A DNA stretch of 64,000 bases from Clostridia bacterium (lineage in GTDB: Bacteria; Bacillota; Clostridia; CAKSNL01; HGM11501): positions 25,164-89,163 of the forward strand of contig JAZQAZ010000031.1 of NCBI GenBank assembly GCA_045545475.1. Direction: 5' to 3'. Positions within the stretch are counted from its first letter, which is position 1. Every line of letters starts with the position of its first letter. The translations under genes and the position numbers were made by a program. Shown here piece by piece: positions 63,825-64,000 of the stretch. The notes beneath the pieces are model-generated. The model did no database searches, was not told where the DNA came from, and saw only the letters and a program-made list of their open reading frames with translations.

Positions 63825-63853
63825 TTTACTAAAAAATATTGATATGATATACT
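63825..63853 (+). promoter_or_regulatory. Possible extended sigmaA promoter for a transcript leaving the window
   Basis: TTTACT-17 bp-TATACT with TGn. Confidence 0.5.
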
Positions 63854-64000
63854 TAAAATAAAGGAGCTAACTATATAAAAATCAAGTAGTTTTTGAATTT
63901 TTTAAAATTAGTTAGCGAAACACTGTACATTGAAAATATATAAATAATTGTGGATTTTGTGGCATGGCAAATAAACCTTCAAGAGAAGGCGATTTGTAAA

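Noticed and set aside
63960-64000. c-di-GMP riboswitch or T-box at the window end
   Set aside because: GGCAAA and AGAGA fragments only; required downstream motifs are not visible before the cut
1-64000. Remaining short ORFs overlapping long genes; tRNA, rRNA, integrase or transposase genes
   Set aside because: Short ORFs are antisense or alternate-frame shadows without RBS or motifs; no RNA-gene or recombinase signatures were recognised by eye

Overview
Gene-dense, low-GC chromosomal window from a probably spore-forming Clostridia (Firmicutes) bacterium. This assignment is inferred from SLH and copper-amine-oxidase-N ('stalk') surface proteins, sigmaA/sigmaK-like promoters and AGGAGG RBSs. 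Left part: sugar ABC transporter, a small phage-like two-gene unit, an S-layer protein, housekeeping genes (lgt, M16 pair, MGDG synthase, rph-rdgB, Ca-type P-ATPase, manA, dGTPase-like, RNase M5, recD2, yebC), two tiny Cys-containing membrane peptides, and an HtrA cassette bracketed by an identical 33-bp palindrome. Centre: a heterodimeric ABC exporter, an orphan two-gene operon (1101-aa protein of unknown function plus atypical NUDIX hydrolase; best candidate for an undescribed conflict/defence system), and a 17-gene glycyl-radical microcompartment locus (GRM5-type fucose/rhamnose to propanediol to propionate/propanol). Two genes in that locus carry nested in-frame starts with their own RBS. 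Right part: a multi-hairpin intergenic region, surface carbohydrate-active proteins (GH99-like enzyme, five-discoidin protein), M23 peptidase, NfeD/SPFH, an MBOAT/DHHW O-acylation cluster and a GH29 fucosidase. No rRNA, tRNA, CRISPR array or transposase was seen. All calls are by eye; no database searches were run.
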